From an uncultured Ruficoccus sp. (GTDB lineage: Bacteria; Verrucomicrobiota; Verrucomicrobiia; Opitutales; Cerasicoccaceae): DNA of 47,160 nt. This document shows, piece after piece, positions 33,893 through 46,733 of the stretch. Every line of letters starts with the position of its first letter. Position 1 is the stretch's first letter. The position numbers and the translations under genes were made by a program. The stretch covers positions 1 to 47,160 of the forward strand of contig OZ223501.1 of NCBI GenBank assembly GCA_965140785.1, read 5' to 3'. Below the pieces are notes generated by a model. The model was not told where the DNA came from. It worked only from the letters and a program-made list of their open reading frames with translations, and made no database searches.

Positions 33893-35311
33893 TTATTCCT
33901 CCTGCGGCTCCGGGCCGGAGTTTTTGGTGGGGCGGCGGGGGCGGCGGATTTTCCGGCCCACCAGCGTGGTGTTGGCCAGGGCGGCCAGTCCGGCGCTCTG
34001 CATGGACTGGCGGAGCATGCGTGTGGCCCCCCAGACGGTCGAGTAGCGCGGGTCGGCCTCCGGCTCGCGGATGCGTTTGAGAAACAGCAGCGAGAGCATA
34101 ATCGCCACCGGGCTGATGATGAAACCAGCGCGGTAAATGAGCACCGCCGACCAGCCCATGTTCTGCCCAAGGTTCAGCATCAACCCAGCGAGGATCGGCG
34201 CTGTGCCGGCTGCCACGGAAGTTGCCGCCAGGTTCAGGCTGATCCCTGCCGTCTTGGCCTCCAGCGGGATGATTTTCAGCAAAATATTAAATGAGCCCAG
34301 CAGGAAGGCCGCGGCCACGGCCCCGCCCCACAGGAACATCGGGTACAGCAGCCAGGTGGTTTCCGGCGTCAGCACGGCCCATAGCAGGTTCAGGGTCTGC
34401 CACAGCATCAACCCCAACCCGATGATCGGCACGCATCCGTGCTTGTCCATGAATTTGCCCCACAGCGGCATGGTCACCGCGCCGGTCAGGGTCGAGAGGA
34501 TGTTCATGACGGCGAACTGCCCCGGCCCCATCCCGAGCTGGTCATAGACATAGACGGCACCGAAGGGGCCGGTCACGTTGATCCAGAAGTTGACCCAGAT
34601 ATTGAAACAGACGAACGCCAGGAAGCCCGGGTGGCGGGCCGCCATGCGCAGCTGCGTCCACCACTTGCCCTGGATGAGCGGCTGACTGGATTCCTCCGGG
34701 TCTTCGCGGGTGAGGTGCTCCGAGAGGACCGAGCCGAAGCGCATGATCGCCCCCACGGCGAGAATGATCTGGTACGTGTGGACGTTGTCCGGCAGCCACT
34801 TCAGCAGGGCCATGCTCAGGAAAAGAAAGGCCAGGGTGGTGAAGGCGATGTAACGGTTGCGCCGGCCGAAGTAATCCCCCCGGCTGTTGGCGGGCACGAG
34901 GCGCTGCACCCAGGCCAGCCAGCCCAGCCCCAGCAGCGAGGCGCTCAGGCTGGCCAGGATGAAGAAAATCAGAAAAATCTGTCCGGCGGCCACGCGGTCG
35001 TGGTTGGGTAGGTAGGGGAGGATCGCCGCCAGCAGGCCCCACAGCCCGAGGTTCAACCAGGACATACCGATGGTCATGTCCCGGGCAGTGAAAAACCGCG
35101 CCAGCAGCGGCATGAGCACGATCTGCGAGGCGTTGGCCCAGGCGGGCATGGATACGATCAGCCCGAACATCCCCGGCCGGATGCCGTAGTGGATATTCAG
35201 CAGCGCGGATATGATAAAGCCCGCCGGCAGTGAAAGAATCGTCCACGGCGTGGCCAGAATCCCGTCCGCCGTCACGACGCGCAGATTCCCTCTGGTTCGT
35301 GCATCCTCCAT
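33893..35311 (-). CDS. MFS transporter
   Basis: About 12 TM helices; LVP...RG.YFGRRN and WGKFMDKHG loop motifs; start placed at MEDARTRGNL. Confidence 0.88.
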   Translation of the reverse strand: MEDARTRGNLRVVTADGILATPWTILSLPAGFIISALLNIHYGIRPGMFGLIVSMPAWANASQIVLMPLLARFFTARDMTIGMSWLNLGLWGLLAAILPYLPNHDRVAAGQIFLIFFILASLSASLLGLGWLAWVQRLVPANSRGDYFGRRNRYIAFTTLAFLFLSMALLKWLPDNVHTYQIILAVGAIMRFGSVLSEHLTREDPEESSQPLIQGKWWTQLRMAARHPGFLAFVCFNIWVNFWINVTGPFGAVYVYDQLGMGPGQFAVMNILSTLTGAVTMPLWGKFMDKHGCVPIIGLGLMLWQTLNLLWAVLTPETTWLLYPMFLWGGAVAAAFLLGSFNILLKIIPLEAKTAGISLNLAATSVAAGTAPILAGLMLNLGQNMGWSAVLIYRAGFIISPVAIMLSLLFLKRIREPEADPRYSTVWGATRMLRQSMQSAGLAALANTTLVGRKIRRPRRPTKNSGPEPQEE

Positions 35312-35457
35312 ACCGTTACCACGCAGATAACACCTTTCCGCCTCCTGCAAGAATAAAGGGCCATTTGCGGCGAAAAAAAACCGCCCGGCCATCGTTTTGT
35401 GTCCATGTGCGGACCCGGCCTCGGCTGTCTTTGTCTCTATGGGATTCTTTGACGTTA

Positions 35458-35491
35458 TCATCCTGAGCGAGCCCAGCGAGTCGAAGGATCT
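35458..35491. repeat. REP-like unit of the TCATCCTGAGCG...CGAAGGATCT type
   Basis: TCATCCTGAGCGAGCCCAGCGAGTCGAAGGATCT resembles an intergenic repeat I recall from many bacteria; single copy in this window. Confidence 0.5.
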
Positions 35492-35709
35492 CAGGGTTGA
35501 AATCTTTGCAGGCTGCCCGCTGCCGTCACGCGGCAAAAGTGGGCGTCCGTCTTGCCTTTTGCGTGTCCGGGCATTCTGTGAGTCAGATCTGACGGTGACG
35601 AAAAGACCCAGACTTGTTTCCGGGAAAGAGAAATCCCCGCGTTTTTTCGCCCGAAGAAGCCGTTCGGGGTGATACTGCTTCCTGACCGGCCAACCGTTAT
35701 CTCTCCTCC

Positions 35710-36753
35710 ATGGATTCCCTGACCCAAATCGTCCTCGGCGCTTCGTTCGCTGCCGCCATCGCTCCGGCGAAAAACCGCCGGGCCGCCCTTCTGGCCGGGG
35801 CCGCGCTGGGCACGCTGCCGGACCTGGACAGCCTCCCGATGCTCCTGGTGGTGGACAACCCGGTCGATCTGATGACTTGGCACCGCAGTTTTAGCCATTC
35901 GCTGCTGGTGCTGCCCTTCGTCGGCTGGTTGATCTGGTGGCTGTGCAAGCGCTACGGACGCCGGGGGCGTGTGCGGGAAGCGCCGCAGCGGTGGTTCTGG
36001 GCCATCGAGGCCGCGCTCATCACCCATCCGCTGATCGACGCCTGCACGATCTACGGCACCCAGCTCTGGTGGCCGTTTACGCCGCATCCGACGATGTGGG
36101 GCAGTATCTTTATCATCGATCCGGCCTACACGATCTGGCTGCTGCTGGGCTGCCTCGTGGCGATGATCGCCGGAGCGCGCCCGCTGGCGCAGCGGGCGCT
36201 CGTCGCGGGCCTTGTCATCAGCTCCGCCTACCTGACCTGGGCCTTTGTGGCCAAGGCTCAGGCCGACCGTGCCGCCCATGCCGAGCTGGAACGCCTCGGC
36301 TACGGCGACGCGCCGTACTTCTCCGTGCCCACGCCGCTGAACACCCTGCTGTGGCGTTCGGTCGCGCTGACCGAGGACGGCTTTCTCGAAGGCGAACGCT
36401 CCCTCGTGGCGGACGAGGGACCGACGCAGTTCGCGTGCTACCCCTCGGACGTTGAGGTGCTGGAGGCGGTGCGGGAGTTTCCCGCCGTCCAGCGGCTGCT
36501 GTGGTTTAATAGCGGCTTCGACAAAGCCCATGTGCTCGACGCCGATACGCCCGGGCACCAGTGGCTCGTCCTGAGCGATCTGCGCATGGGCGCCGAGCCG
36601 GGCTATGCCTTCAACTTCGCCGTGGCCGAGCGCGCCGGCCCGGCCGCCCCCTGGCGCGAAATCTCCCCCCGCCTGCTGCCCCGCGACAGTCGCCGCGCCG
36701 GCTGGTCCCCCGACCTGATCTGGGAACGCATCTGGCACGCGCCCTCGCCGTGA
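35710..36753 (+). CDS. Inner-membrane metal-dependent hydrolase (YdjM/YbcI-like family)
   Basis: MDSLTQ, LPDLD, HRSFSHS, THPLIDACTIYGT, IFIIDP and DLRMG motifs. Confidence 0.9.
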   Translation: MDSLTQIVLGASFAAAIAPAKNRRAALLAGAALGTLPDLDSLPMLLVVDNPVDLMTWHRSFSHSLLVLPFVGWLIWWLCKRYGRRGRVREAPQRWFWAIEAALITHPLIDACTIYGTQLWWPFTPHPTMWGSIFIIDPAYTIWLLLGCLVAMIAGARPLAQRALVAGLVISSAYLTWAFVAKAQADRAAHAELERLGYGDAPYFSVPTPLNTLLWRSVALTEDGFLEGERSLVADEGPTQFACYPSDVEVLEAVREFPAVQRLLWFNSGFDKAHVLDADTPGHQWLVLSDLRMGAEPGYAFNFAVAERAGPAAPWREISPRLLPRDSRRAGWSPDLIWERIWHAPSP

Positions 36754-36927
36754 AAACCCGGCCTCGTGGCCATTTGGGTTAACCGACCCCAAGCGAAGTC
36801 GCTTGAGGTGGGTGGTGGTTGGTCGCCGGAGGCATAACATCCGTCTCGGCTTGGCCCGACGGCGTGCGTAGTCAGCCGACAGTCTGGGATTGCCAGCCTG
36901 CGTGGACTGCTCTCGGATAGGGGGACG

Positions 36928-37591
36928 ATGTCCTCTCACGAGCGGAAACGCCAGCACCACTTTCGCCGGATCCGCCGTCTCAAACGGATTTTGCGCCCGT
37001 TGCCGCGGCGGACGAATGTGCACCGTTACCCGGTGCTGAAGTGGTTCGCGAAAACGGCCCGCAAGCGTTCCTACCTCTGGTCATTCCGCCGTCAGCAGGT
37101 GGTTCCGTCCATCTACGCCGGAGGGATGACGGCCCTTGCTGCCGGCCCCTACGCCGCAGATGCTTCTGGGCGCCTTTCTCGCGCTGGGCCTGCGCTCCAA
37201 TATCATGGTAGCGACCGCGCTGACCCTGATCACCAACCCGTTCACCGTCGTGCCGATTTACTACGCCGACTATCAGGTCGGCGGCTGGGTGATGGACATT
37301 TTTGGCAAGCCCGACCTTTCCGATGATATCACACCGGAAATGGTAGAACTGTATGGCGGTGGTCCCGAACCCCATGAGCACATCGGTATCCTGCAACGGG
37401 TTTCGGAAGGCTGGCTACAAACCATGGTAGGCGCTCTCATCCTGGGGATCTTTCTGAGCCTCATCCTGCACGCGATCTACCTGCTCACCCTGCGTTTCCA
37501 ACGCCGCCACGGCCCCGGGCATTCCTTCCATCTGCTGGGCGGCATCTTTGTCCACAAGGGCAAGAAAGAGAAACCCGACGCCGAGAAGTGA
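36928..37591 (+). CDS. DUF2062-family membrane protein, one frameshift near 37135
   Basis: LWSFRR N-terminal part, then LP...Q...RSNI......[15 protein letters not shown] in the next frame; the 664-nt span implies one extra base. Confidence 0.8.
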
Positions 37592-37780
37592 TCGGTGCTC
37601 AGTGTCGTTAATCGAAGGGACCTGTCGCAACCCCTTTAAGAAATCTGTGGATAAATACAAAACCACAGCCGCTTACGATTGTATTTAAATGGCTCTGATC
37701 AATAGCCAGCACTCGTGCTGAGGTAGCTGCCTTTCCGGGAGTGTAGGGGGGGGAGCCTCTCTGTGCAGGTTCAGCCGAAC

Positions 37781-37811
37781 AAAAAGGGCGTCGCTCGAAA
37801 GCGACGCCCTT
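37781..37811 (-). terminator. Intrinsic terminator after groEL
   Basis: AAGGGCGTCGCT-N4-AGCGACGCCCTT, followed by T residues on the minus strand. Confidence 0.85.
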
Positions 37812-37858
37812 GAAAAGCGATAGATTGATCGGAGGGATGGTGTGTAACCCGCGGGGGC

Positions 37859-39508
<1,650 letters not shown>

Positions 39509-39565
39509 GGTGTATAATTACTTAATGGTTAATTGCTGATTGTTAATTGCTCGTTGAGTCGGCAC

Positions 39566-39636
39566 GCTGTATCCGTTTTTGGATACAGCATCATGAGGCA
39601 TCGCCTCATGATTATTGCCAACGGGTGCAACCCGTT
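39566..39636. other. Three consecutive perfect hairpins in the groES-groEL spacer
   Basis: GCTGTATCC-N6-GGATACAGC, ATCATGAGGC-ATC-GCCTCATGAT and AACGGGT-GCA-ACCCGTT. Confidence 0.65.
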
Positions 39637-39934
39637 AGCCGACGATGGCGAGGATGTCGTCCTCGCGCAGCAGCGTGTAGGTCTGGTCGCCGAACTTGAC
39701 TTCGGTGCCGCCGTACTTGGAGACGATGACCTTGTCACCGACCTTGACGTTGAAGGGCTGCTTTTCGCCCTTTTCGTTTTTACCGCCGGTGCCCAGCGCA
39801 ACGACTTCGGCCTCCTGCGGCTTTTCCTTGGCGGAATCCGGAATATAGATACCGCCCTTGATTTGTTCCTGATCTTCGACCGCCTTAACGAGGACGCGAT
39901 CTCCGAGTGGTTGGATTTTAGGTGCTTTACTCAT
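39635..39934 (-). CDS. groES: Co-chaperonin GroES
   Basis: [28 protein letters not shown] and KYGGTEV. Confidence 0.99.
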   Translation of the reverse strand: MSKAPKIQPLGDRVLVKAVEDQEQIKGGIYIPDSAKEKPQEAEVVALGTGGKNEKGEKQPFNVKVGDKVIVSKYGGTEVKFGDQTYTLLREDDILAIVG

Positions 39935-39970
39935 GGTTGGTTGTTAGAACTTGGGTTGGTGTTTAGAAAG

Positions 39971-40011
39971 AAAGTTTGAGCGTTTGAAAGTTTCGGGTTT
40001 GAGAGTTGAAG
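39971..40011. repeat. Octamer tandem array (AAAGTTTG type)
   Basis: AAAGTTTGAGCGTTTGAAAGTTTCGGGTTTGAGAGTTGAAG; same family as 4234 and 11775. Confidence 0.7.
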
Positions 40012-40042
40012 AGGGCTCACACGGAGGTTTTATTCTTGAAAT

Positions 40043-40123
40043 TGGCAGGTGGGGAGAGAGTCGAACCCTCTAGCCGTCGGAATGGAAAGTGGGAAAGCCT
40101 TGGCCATCCTCATTGCCCAACCT
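40043..40123 (-). ncRNA. tRNA-like element (acceptor stem, T-arm, G-CCA; no recognisable anticodon arm)
   Basis: Minus strand AGGTTGGG...GAGGG TTCGACT CTCTC CCCACCT G CCA, with canonical 5/7/5/7/1/CCA spacing. Confidence 0.4.
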
Positions 40124-40176
40124 TTATTCTTATCCTCCGTGTCTCTGTGCCTCCGTGTGAGTTTATCTTTTCTCTC

Positions 40177-40220
40177 AAAACAAAAGCCACTGGCCGATGC
40201 GTGCTGACCGGCCAGTGACT
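40177..40220 (-). terminator. Probable intrinsic terminator after dnaK
   Basis: Minus strand AGTCACTGGCCG-N12-CGGCCAGTGGCT followed by TTTGTTTT. Confidence 0.6.
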
Positions 40221-40231
40221 GGCGTGAAACT

Positions 40232-42227
<1,996 letters not shown>

Positions 42228-42309
42228 TTATTTTTACCTTTAGTTGTTTATTAACAGTACTTTAAAAATTCATATGGGTTGAGGGCACTGCTGGCAGGCA
42301 TCCTTTAAC

Positions 42310-42358
42310 TGGCGCAGAATGTCCCACTTGTGTCACACTTAACCGGGCAGGTGTGACA
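42310..42358. promoter_or_regulatory. Candidate enhancer-binding-protein sites upstream of dnaK
   Basis: Perfect inverted repeat TGTCACAC-N12-GTGTGACA (42331-42358) and imperfect TGGCGCA-GAA-TGTCCCA (42310-42326). Confidence 0.5.
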
Positions 42359-42500
42359 GGGTGGGGAAGGCATTGACGTGTTTTTTTGACGTTGTGGGTT
42401 ATTAGTATTGATTGTTTATGTTATATAATATACTTATTTTGCCTCTCGTGAGGTATTGCAGTTAATTAATAATATTAAAAATCTTAAAAAAGTTTAAAAT

Positions 42501-43091
42501 ATGAAAAGAGCGTTCTTGGTTATCGTTACTCTTCTTGCCTCCTACCTGTCGGCTTCAGCATCGCTGATCCTAATCATCGATAAAGTCGCTAAGACCTTTG
42601 CCCTCTCTGGTTCCGATAGCGGCTCAGCGGTTGCGGTTGGAGATCAATTCGCGGTCTCCTGGATCCTGGATGATGGTGGCCTTGGGGATCCCAATCCAGA
42701 CGCTCCGGGCGCTCTCACTTACACCAACGATGTAGCATTCTCTACGTCAGAAGGTTCTCCGTTTCAGACCTCCTTGACCTATATTGATCTTGGGGAACTG
42801 AAGGTACCAGCTTTATACCTGAGCATCTCCTCTTCTACAGTTGCATTAGATATAGAGACGACTTTGGGCGGCCTAGAAGCCTATCAGTCCTATGCTGACT
42901 TGGATGGTGATGTGCAGGTGTTCTTTGAGTCGTCGAATGGAAAGGCCTTGTATCTTCACGAAGGGGGTGATTTTTCCGGAGTGCAAGTGCAGGTCGTGCC
43001 GGAGCCCTCGACCTGGGCTACCGGATTGGGCGCTACCGCACTGCTGATGGGGGTCCTGCTCCGCCGCTACCGCCGCCGGACAGATGCTTGA
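42501..43091 (+). CDS. PEP-CTERM sorting-domain protein
   Basis: Signal peptide ending SASA; C-terminal VPEPSTWATGLGATALLMGVLLRRYRRR; AT-richer codons and a very AT-rich upstream region. Confidence 0.92.
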   Translation: MKRAFLVIVTLLASYLSASASLILIIDKVAKTFALSGSDSGSAVAVGDQFAVSWILDDGGLGDPNPDAPGALTYTNDVAFSTSEGSPFQTSLTYIDLGELKVPALYLSISSSTVALDIETTLGGLEAYQSYADLDGDVQVFFESSNGKALYLHEGGDFSGVQVQVVPEPSTWATGLGATALLMGVLLRRYRRRTDA

Positions 43092-43124
43092 CTCTGCGGG
43101 GGGGCTGACCGAAGTTAGCCCCCC

Positions 43125-43418
43125 ATGCCGCGGAAAAAAGAAAAAGAGACCGACTACGAGGCGCTGAGCTCGGCGTTCATGCGCGTGCCCAAGATGAAGG
43201 TCGATGCGGCGCGGGCGCTGCTCACCCTTGGGCTGAGGCAAATCTACCAGTTGGAGGGGCGCTCAGCCGAGACGCTCTTCGCCGATTATAAAAAACGCAA
43301 ACCCGACGCCGATACCGAGCTGTTGGTGTGTTTCCGCCTGGCCGTTTACTACGCCGAAAATCAGCCCCCCGATCCGAGGATGCTTGAGCTGTCCGTCTGG
43401 CGGCAGGGGAATTCGTAA
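43125..43418 (+). CDS. Cdd1/TfoX-C-like helix-hairpin-helix protein
   Basis: VP......ARAL..LG....QLEGRSAE.LF and CFRLAVYYAE...DP motifs. Confidence 0.7.
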   Translation: MPRKKEKETDYEALSSAFMRVPKMKVDAARALLTLGLRQIYQLEGRSAETLFADYKKRKPDADTELLVCFRLAVYYAENQPPDPRMLELSVWRQGNS

Positions 43419-43642
43419 ATTCATCGAGTCGTAAATTTGCAAATTCGCAGGTCTTGATCGGGTAAGCTGTCGATTACCCGGCTGCGAATAGGGCACGCGA
43501 GCCTTTCCCTGGCTCAGTAAAAGCCATCCCGTTTAAGAATCTCTGGATCTTGTAAATCTACGGATCTCGGCATTTTTCCACGCTGTGAAAAATGCGAAAT
43601 TCCGTTCGCATGTGCCCGGAAATTGCTTATGTTAAACCTCAG

Positions 43643-44326
43643 ATGAGCATGCAGGTCGATATTCCGCGGGAAATCCCCGTCATGACCTTGCCCGATGTGG
43701 TGCTTTTTCCACATGCCATGCTGCCGCTGTACATTTTTGAGTCGCGCTATCGGCAGATGCTTCAGGATGTACTGGAGAGCGACCGGCTGTTCGTCGTGGC
43801 CGGGCAGGACATGGAGAAGGCCCGCGTCACCGGCGAGTTCGAGCCACCCTTCGGGATCGCCTCGGTGGGCATCATTCGCGCCAGTCACCTGAACGAGGAC
43901 GAGACTTCGAACCTCATCATCCAGGGCTTGGCCCGGGTACGCATCGAGCGCATCATCTCCGAGGAGCCCTACCGGCTGGTGCAGATCGAGTCCGTCGTGA
44001 CCGAGCCCGGCGCGCAGCAGGACGTGCTCTCCGCTGATCGCGAGCGCCTGACCGCACTGTTAAAAGCTCACGCCAAGCTCGGAGGCGAGGTGCCCGAGGA
44101 GATCATGGACTTTCTCGGCTCGCTCAAAGACGACGACACTTTTCTCGATTTGGCGGCTTTCACGCTGTGCCCGGACGACCGGGAGAAACAGCGCCTGCTG
44201 GAGAAACTAACCACGGCCGAGCGTTTCAGCCACTTCCTCACCGTCCTCCAGCGCGCCAATGAGAATCTGATAATCGACAACAAGCTGCGCGGCGGCCTGC
44301 CCGACGACCGCATCGAGCTGAACTGA
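43643..44326 (+). CDS. LON peptidase substrate-binding domain protein (stand-alone)
   Basis: PVMTLPDVVLFPHAMLPLYIFESRYRQM, IIQGLARVRI and KQRLLE; no ATPase or protease domain. Confidence 0.9.
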   Translation: MSMQVDIPREIPVMTLPDVVLFPHAMLPLYIFESRYRQMLQDVLESDRLFVVAGQDMEKARVTGEFEPPFGIASVGIIRASHLNEDETSNLIIQGLARVRIERIISEEPYRLVQIESVVTEPGAQQDVLSADRERLTALLKAHAKLGGEVPEEIMDFLGSLKDDDTFLDLAAFTLCPDDREKQRLLEKLTTAERFSHFLTVLQRANENLIIDNKLRGGLPDDRIELN

Positions 44327-44544
44327 GCCCACTGGCTCTCGAGGTGCTCTCTCAAGGGAGATTGAAGCAAGGCGCATCGACCGCCAAAAGGGGAGGCCCT
44401 CTATAAGCCTTTCTGTTAACAGGATGTTGCTAATGGAATTAACTAATACACTGGAGCGGTGTCCTGTTCTATATTGCCCAGGGGCCTGTCCTTCATGTTA
44501 AATAAGGCCTTCTGAGCTAGGTTAATCCATCAGCAAAAATCTGT

Positions 44545-46052
44545 ATGCATTCTCTCTCAAAAATTCTCCCTTTGCTGGCGCTGTCGGGCGCCTTGGCTTC
44601 CGCTCCGCTTGCCTCGGGCGTTCAAGTGACTTTCACCAACAGCACCGGGCTGTCCTCGGACGACGTATATGTGTGGTTCAATGGCGACTCCTCGTCACTG
44701 GACGCGACCTTCGGCAATAACCCCAGCCAGTCGGTCAGTACGGTCAAGAGCTATTCGCTGACCGAGATCGGTAGCCAGGGGATTGACATCAGCAGCTACT
44801 CCGCCGGGCAGATTTTTGTCACGCTGGGGATGCCCTTTTCAACCGACGTAAACCAGATCACCCAACCTTCGCCGAGCAATCCCGGTCTGAACTCGTACGA
44901 TACGATGTTCCAACTGCTGATGGAGATCAACGTGACGCCGGCTCGACTTTCGATACGGTTGACCTGTCGAACAAAGACTACGCCTCGGTTCCGGCGAATA
45001 TCAGCAACTACAACAACACGCAAGGGCTGCTTAAGACGATCGGCTTCAGCAATTACCCCGGTTTTTCCTCCAGCAGCTATGCCCAGGCACTGTCTAACCT
45101 GACCGGCGGGTCGGCGGTCCAGCAGGCCTCCACCTATAACAACTCTCTGCCGCCGACTTCCTACACCCAGGCAGGCTCGCCCGTCGTGCACAACACGATT
45201 CTGCCCGGCGCCGGCCAAGATGTGCGCATCCTGGGCCCCGATCAGGTTTCTGGCTATCCCTCTTTTTCCAATTACATCACCTCGATCATAAATAACAATC
45301 CGTCCCCAAGCGAGGCCGCCCCGATCGCGCGCCTCAAGGGCAAGTTCTTTGCCTCCTCGCCGAGTGAGCAGGGGATTTACGACTGCAAGGTGACGGGCAT
45401 CGAGCAGTCCGGCTCGGACCCCGCCGGCAGTTTGGGTAAGGTCACGATCGAGGGTACTTTCACCCCGGACGACGGCGAGCCGGTCACGGTCACGATTGTC
45501 ATCCCTGCCGACCAGTTCAACGACGGCAATATCTACGGCGCCAACCCGACCTTCACTGTCAATGGCGTGACGCATACCATTTCCGACAACGACGCGTACG
45601 CGGCGGTGGTGCGCGATTTTCTCGCCGGCCTCAGCTACGGCTACATTGACAGCGATATACCCAACCCGAATGACCCGGGCAAGAACTACGGCGAAAGCGA
45701 GAGCCAGTACTGGGGCAGCACGAACCTCATCACTCTGGCCAAGCAGGTTTTCAAGGGCTTCGACGAGGTTCAGACCGAAGAGGAGTTCTACAATGTCTGG
45801 GCCGCCCTCGTGCACGAGTACTCGGACGGAAGCGTGTACGGAAGCGCCTTTGACGACGCCTTCGCCGCCGTTCAGCTCGGCGTGGAAAAGGAGACCGTGG
45901 ACGGCACCACGTATGATGTGGACCGGCTCGACATCGAGATACTGCCCGGACTTTACAATGTGCCCGAGCCGGCCACCTACGCCGCGATCATGGCCGTGCT
46001 GACCTTTGGGCTCGCCGTCATCGTGCGTCGCCGTCGCCAGCGCAATGAATAA
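44545..46052 (+). CDS. PEP-CTERM-anchored GH64-like (beta-1,3-glucanase/thaumatin-fold) protein, one frameshift near 44940
   Basis: Signal peptide; FTNSTG...VYV, PSPSNP...YDTMF..MEI, then after the shift VDLSNKDYASVP, RILGP, FYNVWAALVH and YGSAFDD; C-terminal VPEPATYAAIMAVLTFGLAVIVRRRR. The 1508-nt span implies one missing base. Confidence 0.75.
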
Positions 46053-46166
46053 CGGGCCGCGCCCGGAGGCTGGCTGCTCGCCGGTTTGCCCGGGTCGGGT
46101 GTCCGTTGGGCCGGATGGCCGATGGGCTGCTTGACTTGGCGGGCCTCACCCGGCAGTAAGGTCTGC

Positions 46167-46589
46167 ATGGCAGTTTCCACCAAGACGCTCTCTGTGCGCA
46201 CAGGCGGGCAGGGGACTTATGAGTTCACCGACGAGATCGCCTCGGCGCTGGCCGACAGCGGCCTGCGCGAGGGCGTGGTGACGGTCTTTTGCCAGCACAC
46301 CAGTTGCAGCCTCGTCATCATGGAAAACGCCGACCCCTCGGCCCGGCACGACCTGCACTACTTTATGGACAAGCTCGTCCCCACGGACGACCCCCACTAC
46401 ACCCACACGCTGGAGGGGCCGGATGACATGACCAGCCACATCAAGATGGCCCTGACCCGCACCGCCGAGGTCATCCCCTTTGTCAACGGGCGGCTCTGCC
46501 TGGGCACTTGGCAGGGCGTATTCCTGTGGGAGCACCGCGACGCCTCCCACCTGCGGCGGATCGTCCTGAGCTTCCAGGGGGAGAAGTAG
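46167..46589 (+). CDS. yjbQ: YjbQ/UPF0047 family protein
   Basis: HTSCSLVIMENADP, HTLEGPDDMTSHIK and LGTWQGVFLWEHR. Confidence 0.93.
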   Translation: MAVSTKTLSVRTGGQGTYEFTDEIASALADSGLREGVVTVFCQHTSCSLVIMENADPSARHDLHYFMDKLVPTDDPHYTHTLEGPDDMTSHIKMALTRTAEVIPFVNGRLCLGTWQGVFLWEHRDASHLRRIVLSFQGEK

Positions 46590-46733
46590 CACCGCCCCCC
46601 GGAGGACAGGTTAATACGAGAGTGTCCTCGGCCCCGGTTTTCGTAAAATGCCGCCCCGCCGCCGGGAGCTTGAGTCCCCCGAACCTTTCAAACTTTCTTG
46701 CCATCGGGGTGGGCGCTGAGAGATATTTCGGCA

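Noticed and set aside
40042..40066. CIRCE (HrcA) operator upstream of groES
   Set aside because: Only TGCCAA and ACTC match; the spacing and the rest of TTAGCACTC-N9-GAGTGCTAA do not.
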